Origin: Peribolospora baueri | Lineage: Eukaryota | Length of the DNA stretch: 64,000 nt | Reading direction: 5' to 3' | Assembly: GCA_029717555.1 (NCBI GenBank) | Contig: JAMDHS010000033.1 | Coordinates: forward strand, 62,001 to 126,000 | Shown: positions 1 to 11,370 of the stretch, piece by piece | How positions within the stretch are numbered: position 1 is the first letter of the stretch | How the letters are laid out: each line of letters starts with the position of its first letter | Notes under the pieces: model-generated | Database searches by the model: none | What the model was told of the DNA's origin: nothing | What the model saw: only the letters and a program-made list of their open reading frames with translations | Program-made: the position numbers and the translations under genes

Positions 1-80
1 AGAAAGAGAAGAAAGAGGCGTCTCGTCGGAAGCTCGGCCGGAAAACGAGACTGGACCGATCAGATCGGCATCATCGGCCT

Positions 81-113
81 CGGCATTCATCGGCATTCAT
101 CGGCATTCATCGG
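81..113. repeat. Short tandem repeat (CGGCATTCAT)x3
   Basis: Three exact 10-bp units at 81-110 plus a partial unit, in non-coding sequence. Confidence 0.9.
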
Positions 114-1061
114 TTCGGGACGACACGGGTGGCGACGATGAGTTGATTATTCAATTTAAATATTCCATATGCACAGGCCATTATCGACCTAAAGAAGGGA
201 CTGTACACGTGTTCAATCGCTCCGTCCGTCGACTCGACTTCTTTCCATTCCTTTTCTTTCTTCCTCGTCAACCCCCACCCCCTCCAGCTGGTCTTCCTGC
301 TCCTGGAGAGGAAGGAAAGAAGAGGAGGCGAAAGAAGAGGAGGCCGGAGCATCCCATCCCTGCGCTATCTATCCCCTGCCCGGGGGTGCGCGGTGGCCGC
401 CACACACGCGTACGCGCCCATGCCGTGCAGGGCCGTGCCGTGCCCGTGCATCTCCATAAATCATCCATCCATGAATCCATCATGTCGGCTTCGACGACGT
501 GAACGTGACGTGCCTGCTCTCCCTTCTTCGTCTTTGAGCCCACTTTTCTCGTCCCCGTTCGTTCCTTCGTTCGGTCCGTCGGTCCGTCGGTCGACGTAAA
601 TGGACGATGTGTGCGACACGAAACGACACGCGAAATGCCATTCTATTCGATCCCATCCAATCCAATCCACCAGCCCTCGAACCGACAAGACAAAACAAAA
701 CAAGACAAGACCTACGCCGAACCAACTCGCACTCGGGGTCCGATCCGATCGGATCATGAGAGGAGAAGAGAAGAGAGAGAGGAAGGAAGGAAGGGAGGGA
801 GGGCGAGAGGTGGGAACGAAAGGAAAGAAAAAAATGGGAAACGGAGACGAATGTTCGGGGTAGTAGTACGGGACGGAAGACTAGGTGGGTAGGTCTATAC
901 ATATATATGGTATATATATGGTATATATATATGGGTCGATGGCGTCCGCGGGCGAGCGAGGGCAAGGGATGACTGGGTGGTAGGGCAGGAAGATCCGGCG
1001 GGCGGGCGCGTGATTTTCTGTTCGTCCTCCACCGAGGCGTAGCCTCCTCCCTCGGGCCGGC

Positions 1062-2363
1062 TCACATGGTCTTGAAGATGTACAAGCCGACGAGGGCGAC
1101 GCTGTAGCCAAAGATCTGCAGCGGCGTGATGGTGCTGCCGAGGAGGATGACAGAGGAGACGATGAGCAGAATGTCCTTGAATACGCCTGCCAGGGTGAGC
1201 GTCTAACAAACAAAAAAAAAAAAGGAAAAGTCAGCGATTCATGCGAGCGACCGTAGTCCTTGCGCCCCGACCGCCCGCCCGCTCACCAAACTGCTCGCGG
1301 CACCGATCAAGAAGACGGAAGCGACGTTGAGTCCAAAGGCGACGGAAGCGTTGGAGATGAGGACAAACGGGCCGAGCTTGGAGAGGTCGAGGAACGGCGC
1401 CCATCCTTCGGTGAAGGGGATCAGGAGCGAGTTGATGCCGGCGCAGACCTGTGGGGTCATACAGATGACGATGAGCAGGTGGACACTCGCGGCGCGGCGA
1501 CGAGACGGGAGACTCACCGGAGCGAAGTAGTAGAGGGAGACCTGCGCAGTTGGGTCGGCGGTGAGCGTTGGGACGAACGGCGTGCTGGGACAGACGGCGG
1601 ACGGCGGACGGCGGACTCACCAAAGGGTCCATCTTGAGTCCTTGCAACAAGACCTGAATCATGACGAGCCTACTCGACTCAAAGGCGATCGCGAGGACCT
1701 GGTAGACGAATCCTTCGAGGACAAACTCGAGTTCTCCGTAGGAGGCGATGGAGACGCCGGAGGAGATGAGGATGACGACCCAGAGCAGCTGTGGGTTTGC
1801 GTCCTTGAGCTTGAAGACGAAGGAGATGAGCAGGACGGCGACGGGGGTGAAGGCCTTGAGCATCTGAATAAAGGACACGCTCAAGGTGAGGTAGGCCATG
1901 TTGCTGAAGACGAGGGAGCCGGAGAAGAGGGCGCCGATGGGGAGGATGTTCTTGTACCACCTCTCCCACGTCATCTCCACGTCGTTCAGACCGTCGAGGA
2001 GCGGGGTGAAGCGGTGGAGGACGCGGGTGCCGACGGTGGCGAAGAGGAGGTGGAAGGTGGTGAGGAAGACGGGGTGTTTGAAGTCTAGCGTGGAGAGGAT
2101 GTACCTGGAGGAGGGGCGATGTGAGCGCCGAGTGGACGGCTGGCCGGCTGCGCGCAGACTCACTTGTTATAAACGATGACCGACGAGCTGAGCGCGATCC
2201 AGAGCGCGATGATGACGGCCGGGTGGAGCTTCTTCTTGGCGTCGTCGGCAGCCGAGTCGGAGACGAGAAGGGGTGGAGCGGCGGAGGAGGAGGAGGAAAT
2301 GCCGCCGGGGCCCTTTTCGTCCATCTCCAGGGCGGTGTGGTCGTCTTTGCGGTCGAGGGCCAT
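1062..2363 (-). CDS. Triose-phosphate/nucleotide-sugar transporter family protein (TPT, SLC35-like), 5 exons
   Basis: Spliced protein MALDRK...WIALSSSVIVYNK|YILSTLDFKHPVFLTTFHL...FSNMAYLTLSVSFIQMLKAF...ESSRLVMIQVLLQGLKMDPL|VSLYYFAP|VC...GYSVALVGLYIFKTM*. GT-AG introns include 2163-2105, 1620-1542 and 1517-1449, leaving a 24-nt exon at 1541-1518. Confidence 0.9.
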
Positions 2364-2628
2364 GGTGCGGGTGAGGTGGAGCGGAGGGGAAAGAGAGGGA
2401 GACGGATGAAGGGAGTGCGCAGCGGGGTCGCGAGCGGGGTGGGAGGAGATGAGGGCGACGACGGCGGTGGTGGGAGAGAGAGGGTGTGTGATGTGAGTGT
2501 GTGTGTGTCGGTCGACGCCGACGTCGACGGACTCGATATCTGCTGTCTGTCGATTGTTGCTTGATGGTGTCTACTCGACGATTTCACCTCCGCCGATGCG
2601 ACGATAAATGGACGTCACCTCACGTCAC

Positions 2629-2705
2629 GTCACGTGCCGCTATCACCGTCGATTGACGTCCATCTCAGAGACCGCCATCCGCCCTCGCGACCGACGTAAC
2701 CCTAA
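2629..2705. promoter_or_regulatory. Candidate promoter motifs: GTCACGTG (2629-2636) and CGTAACCCTAA (2695-2705)
   Basis: They lie upstream of the TPT start, and the same two motifs recur together at 6316-6346. Function is inferred. Confidence 0.4.
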
Positions 2706-3133
2706 TCTCCGTCCGACTACGACTACGACTACGACTAGCTCGCACGCCCGCGGGACGACGGCCATCGTTGTCCGTCGGAGGCAATCATCTCTGTCCCGTC
2801 CGCTCTTTTTTCCGTATGTCCGGTTTTCAAAAAAAAAAAAACTCACATTCAGCGGACGACGGCGGCGTCGTATCACCTCCGTCGTCGTCGTCCTTTCTCC
2901 GTTCATCAAATGAAACGATCACCAGAGCCAGAGCGTCGCTCCACCGCCGAACCGGACCAGACGCCCCGGTAGAGCCGTTCGTTCGTTCCTTCGTTCCTTC
3001 GACGGCGCGTAGGGCCTACGGAGATATGCTATGCTTACAGAGACAGGGAGGGAGCACGCCGGACGGACGGACGATGAAAGGCGCTGGAGCGGACTGTCGA
3101 GACTGTCCCTCGAGACCGAGACCGACGCCGAAA

Positions 3134-3219
3134 GAGCAGGAGCAGTAGCAGGAGCAGGAGCAAGAGCAGGAGCAGGAGCAGGAGCAGGAGCAGAGTAGGA
3201 GTAGGAGTAGGAGTAGGAG
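3134..3219. repeat. Compound hexanucleotide microsatellite (GAGCAG)n(GAGTAG)n
   Basis: Directly visible just downstream of the NMNAT stop, probably in its 3' UTR. Confidence 0.9.
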
Positions 3220-3280
3220 CGAAAGCGAGAGAGAAAAAGAGATACAGAGAAGCAGACACACCGCGCCGCGCGAGCGAGCA

Positions 3281-5851
3281 CTACTTGGCCACCTGCCGGT
3301 CCTCGTCCGACTCTTCAGGGAGTTGGTACAGCTTGTTCTCCTCGATGTAGTGGATCACCTGTGCGTGGCACGTACGTAGAGTGGACACTCGGTGGTCAAG
3401 CGAGGCGGCGGGCATCGCGTGTGCCCGACGCACAGGACGAAAAAACTCACGCTGTTGGGCAGGAGGTACTTGATCGACAACCCCCTTCGGACGAACAGTC
3501 TGCGCCATCCCCACCGGCCGCGCACGACGACCGACCGACCGGGCAAGTGAGCGACGCCCTGTGTCCGTGCGTCGAAAAAGAAGAGTCGGCTAGCTAGCCC
3601 GTGGACTCACCGGACTTTGCTCGAGCTGATGTCGTTGTAGATCGTCTGCTTGACGACCTTGAGGTTGTACTGACGCCACCGACGATGCCAATGTCATCAT
3701 CAGCGCCACCGCGGCAGGGAGACAGAAACAGGGGCTCGGGCTCACCCTGTACTTCCACAAGATGTCGTGAGAGAGCAAGAACGACCACACATCTGCACCC
3801 GTCCGTTCGACGATCAGGCAGCCGAAGTGGCCGAGGATGTGATGGAGCTGATCATCGGGCCCACACACGATCAGATCAGTCAAGAGTCTCTTCGCCCGCC
3901 GCGTCCCATCAGCGACTCACGTCGTCCGTCGACCACACGCCCGGCTCGCCCATGCTCTGAATGAGGTCCCCCCCGGCGAGGAGCATGACCTTGATCCTCT
4001 TCCTCTCCCCTTCCTTCGTCAACACGCCCTGGCCGTGCACGTTGAGCTCCTCGTCAAAGTGGTCGAGGACGACGGCGGTGCGCGTGTAGTCGTCCTGCAG
4101 CGACTCCCACGCGTCCACCATCAGCCACGTCGACGTTTTCGCCACTGCCAGCCTGGTGTGCGTACGCGGTGTGACCCATCCGTCGTCAGCAGAGCCGTCC
4201 ACCCGTCCGTCCGTTCGTCCGTTCGTCAGTACCCCGCACTCACTCGCACATCCGAACCCGATGAGTAGCCAGAGCGAGCCCCTCCTTCTTGTAATGGTCG
4301 CTCACCGGCGAGTAGTAGCCGGCCAGCAGTTCGTACTTGTCCGACTCTGTCACCTGATCCTTTGCCATTTCGAAGATGCGCCTGTTCCGTGTGTGTGAAG
4401 AGACGGGCAGCAGAGTCGTGTCAGTCAATTTGGGAGCGGGGAGATGCGACGCAAGCGCAACCGTCCGAGCATGGACTGACAGGTGCAAGTAGGTGGGAGG
4501 CGAGAAAGAGCCGCAGGCGACGATGACCAGCGGGATCTTTGACGAGTCCTTCATCTGCGTCGGCAGTCGGTGTCGAGGGAAGACGTAATCTTCCTGAGAC
4601 CGGACAGCGGGAGTCGAAACGGGGACAAGAACAAAAAAGGATGGAGTGAGCGCATCCTCCACCGAAACAGGATTCACCGTTAAGCGGAAGGAAAACAAAA
4701 CGTCTTTTCGCACTGACCCTTCGTAGCGGCTGCAACGGCATGGGCAACCTCGACGCCGTTCGGTCTGCGCCCGCGTTCGCGCCGCCGTTACCGTTACCGT
4801 CGCCATTACCATTGCCGTTGAGCGACTCGCTCGCCTCGCCCGCATCGTCTACCTCCTCCTCGCCCACGCCGAGACGGGAGGTGAGCCTGCCGTTGTTGTC
4901 GTTCGCAAAGTATTCTTCCGCCCCCGCCGGCCCCGCCGACGACTCCTCTGACGACTCTGGATACAGGGACGCAGAAGAGGAGACGGGCAACGCGGACACG
5001 GGCGTGTCGTCGCTCGCTGACGGCTCTCGAGAATGGGTGTACGGGAGAGGATCGTGCTCGTGCGGAGGCAGAGACCGGAGCGGCTGGGTGGCCGGCGAGC
5101 TCGTCGAGCCTGGGCCTCCGACGGCCGTTGTGGAAGACAATGCTGCTGCTGCTGCTGCTCCTTCTCCTCCTGCTCGCCCCCGTCCTGCCGAGGATACGAG
5201 AGCGGGTCGCGGACCGGCAGGCGAAGCCGTCCGTCCCACACCTCCCACTCCTCGACGAACGCCGCCGCTGCCGCCGCCTATCCGGCCGCCTTCTACCGTC
5301 GTGGGCCCAGCCGTCCGGCTCTGCCCGTCGTCCACCTCCCTGTCAGCGTCGAGCAGATCGGATACGGCGCGTCCTCCGCCGGCGTAGAAGGACGGCGGCG
5401 GCGAGACGTACATCGGCGTCTCTCCGCCTCCATCCGCTGCCGCTACGCCTGCGCCGGCCAACGCACGTTCGTGCTCCTCCACGGCAGCCATGTCGTTCAG
5501 GTCCATCCTCTCCACGTCCGCGTCCAGCGCCGATGCGGCCATCTCACCTCCCCCTCCCCCTCCCCCTCCCCCTCCCTCTCCCTCTCCCTCTCCGCCTGCG
5601 GCCGCGCTGTCGAGGCCGGCATTCTGCGCGCGCGAGCCGGCGTGGGCGACATGACTGCCGGCGGCAGCGGGGTGTGCGTCGTCGGCGAAGGTGCGAGACG
5701 ACGGGGTGCCGGGCAGGCTGGCGGTGCCTCCGCTGGCGGTGCCTCCGACAGCGTTGCCTCCGACGGCGGTGCCTATGAACGGGGGGGAGTCGAGGTGGTA
5801 GGACTGTACGGACAGGGAGGCGTACTTCAACTGCTGCTCTTGGGACGCCAT
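3281..5851 (-). CDS. NMA1: Nicotinamide/nicotinate mononucleotide adenylyltransferase (NMNAT) with a long low-complexity N-terminus
   Basis: Motifs VACGSFSPPTYLHLRIFEMAKD, YYSPVSDHYKKEGLA, WLMVDAWE, LLAGGDLIQSM, NDISSSKVRLFVRRGLSIKYLLPNSVIHYI reassemble across GT-AG introns. Confidence 0.93.
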
Positions 5852-6315
5852 GGCGAGGTGGGTGCGTGGGTGTCGGAGGGCGAGAGGCGAGAGTGAGGGC
5901 GCAGGCCAAGGTGAGATAGATATAGATGGGCGGTCGCGTGAGACGAGACGATGATGCGATGATGCTTGCTGGCTTGCTTGCTCGACGTCGGGCTCGCTCC
6001 GGGATTCTCCACCTGGCTCTCTTTGCTCACGTCGCCGGGTCGCACGACGGTTGGATCCGGGCGGGCAACTCGTAGGAGGGGCGCGGGTGAAGGTGGCTGG
6101 CTGCTCGGTTTGGCGGTGTGGGTGGTCAGGGCGAGCGAGGAGGGCGATGTATTGGGCAGAGACAAGAATGCTTTCTCTTATCTTCCTTCTCCTTCTCCTT
6201 GTCCGACGCTGACCTCATCGACCGACCGACGTCTTTCTTTCTTTCGCCCATCCCCGCCGGCGTCCAAAACGACATCCCACCTCGGCTACCTGCGCATGCC
6301 GCAGCCGACTTGACG

Positions 6316-6346
6316 CACGTGACGCAAGCACGGATGTAGGGTTACG
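6316..6346. promoter_or_regulatory. Candidate promoter motifs CACGTGAC (6316-6323) and TAGGGTTACG (6337-6346)
   Basis: They lie in the divergent NMNAT/LEA_2 intergenic region. The 10-mer is the exact reverse complement of 2695-2704. Confidence 0.4.
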
Positions 6347-6684
6347 ACGTCGCTCGCGCCGTCGCCGTCGTCACCGCCCCATTGCCGCAGCCACAGCCGT
6401 TGTCGGGGTGAGCGCGGTGAGAGTGACCGACAACGGACAACGACGTCTCACAACAAACATCCTTTCTCCAGATCCCATTCCCGGCCATCGTCCGCTGTGT
6501 ATTTATCTGCGCTGCCCTTCTCTTTCTCTCCCGTACACTTCGCCCTTTGCCCTCGCCTCTCCCTCTGACTGACTGGTTCAGCTCAGCCCCCCTTCAACTT
6601 GCATCGCCCGCATAAGGAAGGGCAGGGCGCACGAACGCCGAACGACCGAACGACCGACCGACCCGCTGACCAAACAGACTCCCA

Positions 6685-8080
6685 ATGGCCGATCCGTCTC
6701 GCTACCGCGACGCTGATCCCTACAACTCGGCCGCCGCGTACCATGACCCGTACACTGGCGGCGCCGGCGCAGGCAGCCACGCCGACTTTGGAGCAGGACA
6801 AGGCTATGGCTACGGCACCGGCGACCGGGACTACTATAACCACGGCTCCGCGTTCGAGGACGAGGACGGTCCGGCGCCGACGCCTCCCGAGAAGGGCAGG
6901 GGGACGATGATGGCAGACGAGTACGCAGCGGCGGGAGAGAAGGGCCTCGCGCCGTCCAACACCGTCCGCGGGCAGTACGCGGATAACGGCATGGGCGGCG
7001 GCAAGGGAAACAGTATCTGGACGCCCCAGGACCGGTCGAGCTTCAGGCAGGGCGGGCCGGCAGCTAGGCTCTTGCGGTGAGTGATCAATGACGTCGACGC
7101 CGTCCTACTGGGAGAGAGATCGCTGACCGGTTGAGTTCCCGTGTCGGCGTCGGATGTGCGATCGATGCGCAGGGTGACGTGCTGCTGTCTCGCCTGCACC
7201 ATCGTCCTCATTATCGGCATCGTATGCTCCGTCATCCTCGTGAGTCCCTCGTCCGTGCAGTCGAACCATGGACAAGGAGCTCTTCATTCATTCGTCCCTC
7301 CTCTTGTCCTTTACTCCGCTTGCAGTTCCTTCGCCCCCCGAACGTCGCCTTCAACGGCCTAACCCTTCCCGCCAACCCCGTCTCGACCACCGCGGATGGC
7401 TTCTCCCTCAACGTCACTCTCAACATCGGCATCTCTAACCCGAATTCCATCGGCGCCGATATCAAGGAGCTCCAGGCTGATGTAAGTGTGAACGCCTGGC
7501 TCGTCGTTCGCCCTCGTCCGACGCTGACGCAACGCGGCCTCCTGGTAGATCTTTTACCCTCTCAATGGCAACAAGACCCAGTTCGGAAACGGCGATCTGA
7601 GTAACATCAACATTAAGCCCAACTCGAACACCACCATCAATTTCCCTTTCCAGGTCCAATGTGCGTCTTCTCCCTTGTCTCCGCTGGAGCGCGCTCTTTC
7701 TTTTCGGCGGTCACGCCGCGCTCACCGGTTGGCCCACCTCCACAGACTCCACCGCCATCGACCCGAGCAGAACGCTGATCACCGACATCGGCACGAAATG
7801 CATCGCCAAGCAAGACCTTACCGTCGACTACACCATCACGCCCAAGCTGCACATCATCGCCGTCGACCTCGCTCCCTCCGTCTCCGGCTCCGCCTCCTTC
7901 AAGTGCCCGCTCACAAGCGATATTATTGACAAGTTCCTCGGTGGCGCCGCTGGCGGCGGTCTCGCCGGCCTCGCCGGGGCCGCTGCCGGGGCCGCTGGCA
8001 GTCTTTCTGGCCGGTCGGGGAGGAGCGACGGTCCCCAAGATGGGGCAGGGTCGTGGAGGGAAAGGGAGCTGGGAGAGTGA
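6685..8080 (+). CDS. Single-pass membrane protein with an LEA_2-like beta domain
   Basis: Disordered N-terminus, then CCC plus a hydrophobic helix (VTCCCLACTIVLIIGIVCSVIL), then FLRPPNV...LNIGISNPNSIGADIK...FGNGDL...TTINFPF. Five exons with canonical splice sites. Confidence 0.65.
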
Positions 8081-9097
8081 CCGGGGCTCCCGACCGTCAT
8101 CTCCTCTCTCCTTTTCTTTTGGATTTTCCCGTATAGACTCTCCGCGTGCCTCTGCTCCATGTAGCTACTCCCTGCTCTCCCGGTCGCGTCGATTTTTCCT
8201 GTTCTCCCTACGGACGCCTCTCCCCCTCGGTGCTTTTTTCCCGTTCTCTCTCTTTCGCCTGACATTGTCATGTCATGTCATGTCCTGTCATGTACCATTG
8301 GATTTAATCGGACCTTCGACTCGACTCCCGAGACGAGCGACGTGGACCGATTGAGACGGAGACGGGGACGGAAAACCGACACCGACACCGACGCGTCCGC
8401 GCCCGGATTGGGATGACGTTGGGATACCGGTACGACCGGTAAAACGAGTGGGGCTGGCCAAATCGGCCGTCGGACGGAGGGGAGGGATGCTCGCTGTACC
8501 TTCATTCCACTACCCGGCTCACCGACCGACTGACTGACTGACGCCTTCGGATAGCTGGAAGGGGCGAGGGACGTGCACGCACGCGAGCCGGACGGATGGA
8601 TGATCCGCGATCACAAGTCACAAGCAGGGAGGGTCCGGTCTGGTCTGGTACGGTAGCGGGTGTTCGAAGAGATGGAGTCTAGCTTGCTGCGAGGAATGGG
8701 GGAGAAGGGGGAAGGGAGTGTGCAGGTGCGATGGTCGCCGGGGACTTTGGCGATGCGATGGATGGTGAGCGGGTGCGGGGCGGGGCGACTGGTCTGCAAG
8801 CACGGACAGCGGTTGGCTGGCGCACTTGGATGATCACCCTCCACGCCTCCTATCCGCCTGGACACTGTCTGCTGTCTGCTGTCTGTCATTCGGTCAAGAA
8901 ACATCTCTCTCGGTTCCCCTGTATCTCTTTTCCATTTTGACGCGTGTCGCGACGTTGTTGAAAAGCGTTTCTTCTTGCCGTTTTATCCTCCCACCCAGTT
9001 CACAGAAGGAATCGAGCATCTTTCCTTTGCTAGAACCGCCGGAACGAAAGGAAGACGAAAGAGAGAGGAACTGTGATTCCTATGGCAATATGGACTA

Positions 9098-10997
9098 CTA
9101 TGTGAGGAAGGGGGAAAGATATATGGAGAGGTGTTGCTCTATAACGGAAGACAGATATGCCTTGTCCAGGAGAGCGCCTGAAATGAGATGTCTCTGCAAG
9201 TATTGCGTGGTTGCATTGAGGAAAGGAAGGGACCAAGGAAGAAGCGACCGAAGGATGGGCAGAGTCGTGCCAGACGCTGGTCAGTCGCTTCGACAGAGCG
9301 AAAACAGCCAAATGAGAGGGTGCGGAACGACGAACCGACGAATCGTTCGCTCACAAATGCAAAGTAAGTCCCGGCGCACGTATGCTTCCACAAGCCCTCG
9401 AACTCGGGTCGGGAACGGTCGATACCTCTCGACGCGAGGATGGCCACAGCGAGTTTCTTGATCGTCTGTGCGGCGTCATACGGCCGGAGGGGAAGAAGGG
9501 GGGGGGAAGGGTCGAAGAAAGGAACAGTTGCCGGACAACAAAAGGCGGTTCTAAACGTGAGCGGAGGAGTACTTTGGCCAGCATTTGCCCGGATCCCGAA
9601 TCGACAAGGGCGACGAAAGAAGAAGCGGGGACTCACGTCCCTGTTCCTCTTTTCCACGCTCGACTCGGTCCCACCGGCCGTCGTCGCCGTCGCACTCTCC
9701 TCCGAATGACTCGTCCTCCTCTTCGCCAAGGGATTGTTCGTCTCACCGGCCGATGTACTCCGCAAAGGCCCCGTCCCCAAACCATCCTCGCCCCTCTGCA
9801 GACGGAGCAGGGAGCCCGACATCGTCCTCCTCCATCCTTGCTTAGACACACGACGGGCGGCTAACAGCCCTAGCTGGTCCGATGAGAGGTCTGCTGCCAG
9901 CCCCATTCGCATTGCAGGGCTGGGTGAATGTGTTCGCCCAGGGGCTCCTCGAGGGAGGGGGTCATCCGGCCTCGCCGGTCGCTTCTTCACCTCTTTTCTT
10001 CTTCCGACCACCATCCGCAGTCTCGGCGGGGAGGGAGATGGCTTTGACGTAATCTCTGCCGCCGCGACAGCTGCATCAACGAGCGGGGGGCGGCCTTCAT
10101 CAGGATGTAGCTCCGCCCAGATGGCAATGTCATTTCCTGCGTGGTGTGATGAGTTGGAGGCAAAAAAAGAGATGGAGGCGGGAAGGAGAGAAGGGGCGGT
10201 GGAGGAGGAAGCGCTTTCGGAAAGGGAGACAATGAGCACGGCAGGCGCGCGAGGACAAGGTGGGCCGGGGTCGTGGCGCTGGGGAGCAGCGGACGAGGTT
10301 GGGCTGGGGGGGGAGAGGAGGTCCGGGGACGAGCAGAAGTGGCGCTCAAAGTAGTCGATCGTGCTTCTTTCGTGCGGATCAATGTGCCTATCGGAGAAGT
10401 CGGTGAGCTTTGCTCGAAGTGGAAAGACGAAACGATGACGAACGAGGGCTCACATTCGGATGAGCCCGGTGGCTTCCCACAGCACCTCTTTTCCCGAAAC
10501 CGCACTGGCCCTGCCTTTGCCCTTGTCATCGGCCACTCCTTCACCCGTCATATTCTCCCAGCGCTTGATGCAAAGGTGACGATGTCTCATCATTTCCAGC
10601 GTTAGACAGAGATCCGCATCGTCTGCACTTGGAGACGCCGGCGGATGCGACGAGTCTGAGCCGTTGGAAGTGTCGATGACGATAGGTGATGGCGCACTAG
10701 CTTCGGTGGATCCGTTAGCATTCTTGGCTGGAGTGGAGGTGTGCAAATCAACGCTAAAGTAGTGGGCCACAAATGCGACGCCTGCGAGATGTAGAATAGG
10801 AAAGCAAGATCCAGCGGTGCGACCAGTGAGTGTCCGGCCACAAGACGTCTGCGCGCGCCTGCCGCATGTCCCGAGCGATGCTCACCTGGCAAGAGGATGC
10901 CGTCAGGCAGTTCGAACGCGCCTCTCCAAAGCAGTCTCGCTTTGGCCTGCCTAGGCGCAGGCGTCGAGTACAGCGCAGAGGCCACAGGGCTCGCCAT
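9098..10997 (-). CDS. Sld7-like replication factor (C-terminal Sld7_C-like domain)
   Basis: N-terminus RLLWRGAFELPDG. The spliced C-terminus NRD|TIKKLAVAILASRGIDRSRPEFEGLWKHTCAGTYFAF|RHLISG...VIEQHLSIYL resembles the Sld7 C-terminal helical domain. Assignment is from motif recall. Confidence 0.6.
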
Positions 10998-11370
10998 TCG
11001 AGTGGTGACGACGACGGCAAGGCGCGTCAGAGCCCGCACCGTGCGCCTGTGTCGGCGCGCCGACCGCAGAGCTGATCCTTCCTCGCCTCCTTCCGGCCTG
11101 CCCGGCGGCGGCGCGTTGGCAGCGCAGCGTGCTTAGACGGCTCGAGCAGGGAGTTTTCAAGAAGAGGTCTTGATCGACGTCGGTCCTTGGCAGCTATTCA
11201 AGAGCGGCTCGGCTGGGAAGCGGAGGCCGGCATTGAACGCAACTCGAGCGCTGACTAAGCAGCGAGGATCGTACGAGCGGCACGTGACCTTGAGAACGGG
11301 TTGAAGGCCGTCTCGACGATCGTCTAGCTCTCCTCTTCCTGTCCTCCATCCAGGGACAGACACGATAGCC

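Noticed and set aside
81..113. 10-bp repeats as a CRISPR or regulatory array
   Set aside because: The units are contiguous with no spacers and the context is eukaryotic; it is a simple tandem repeat.
4740..5896. Long antisense and alternative-frame ORFs over NMNAT (and similar ones over DBP9, TBC, MDM1 and UAP1)
   Set aside because: They are expected shadows of GC-rich coding sequence and carry no recognisable motifs.
8300..9090. ORFs in the gap between the LEA_2-like and Sld7-like genes
   Set aside because: They are low-complexity, UTR-like sequence without coding motifs or a consistent exon structure.
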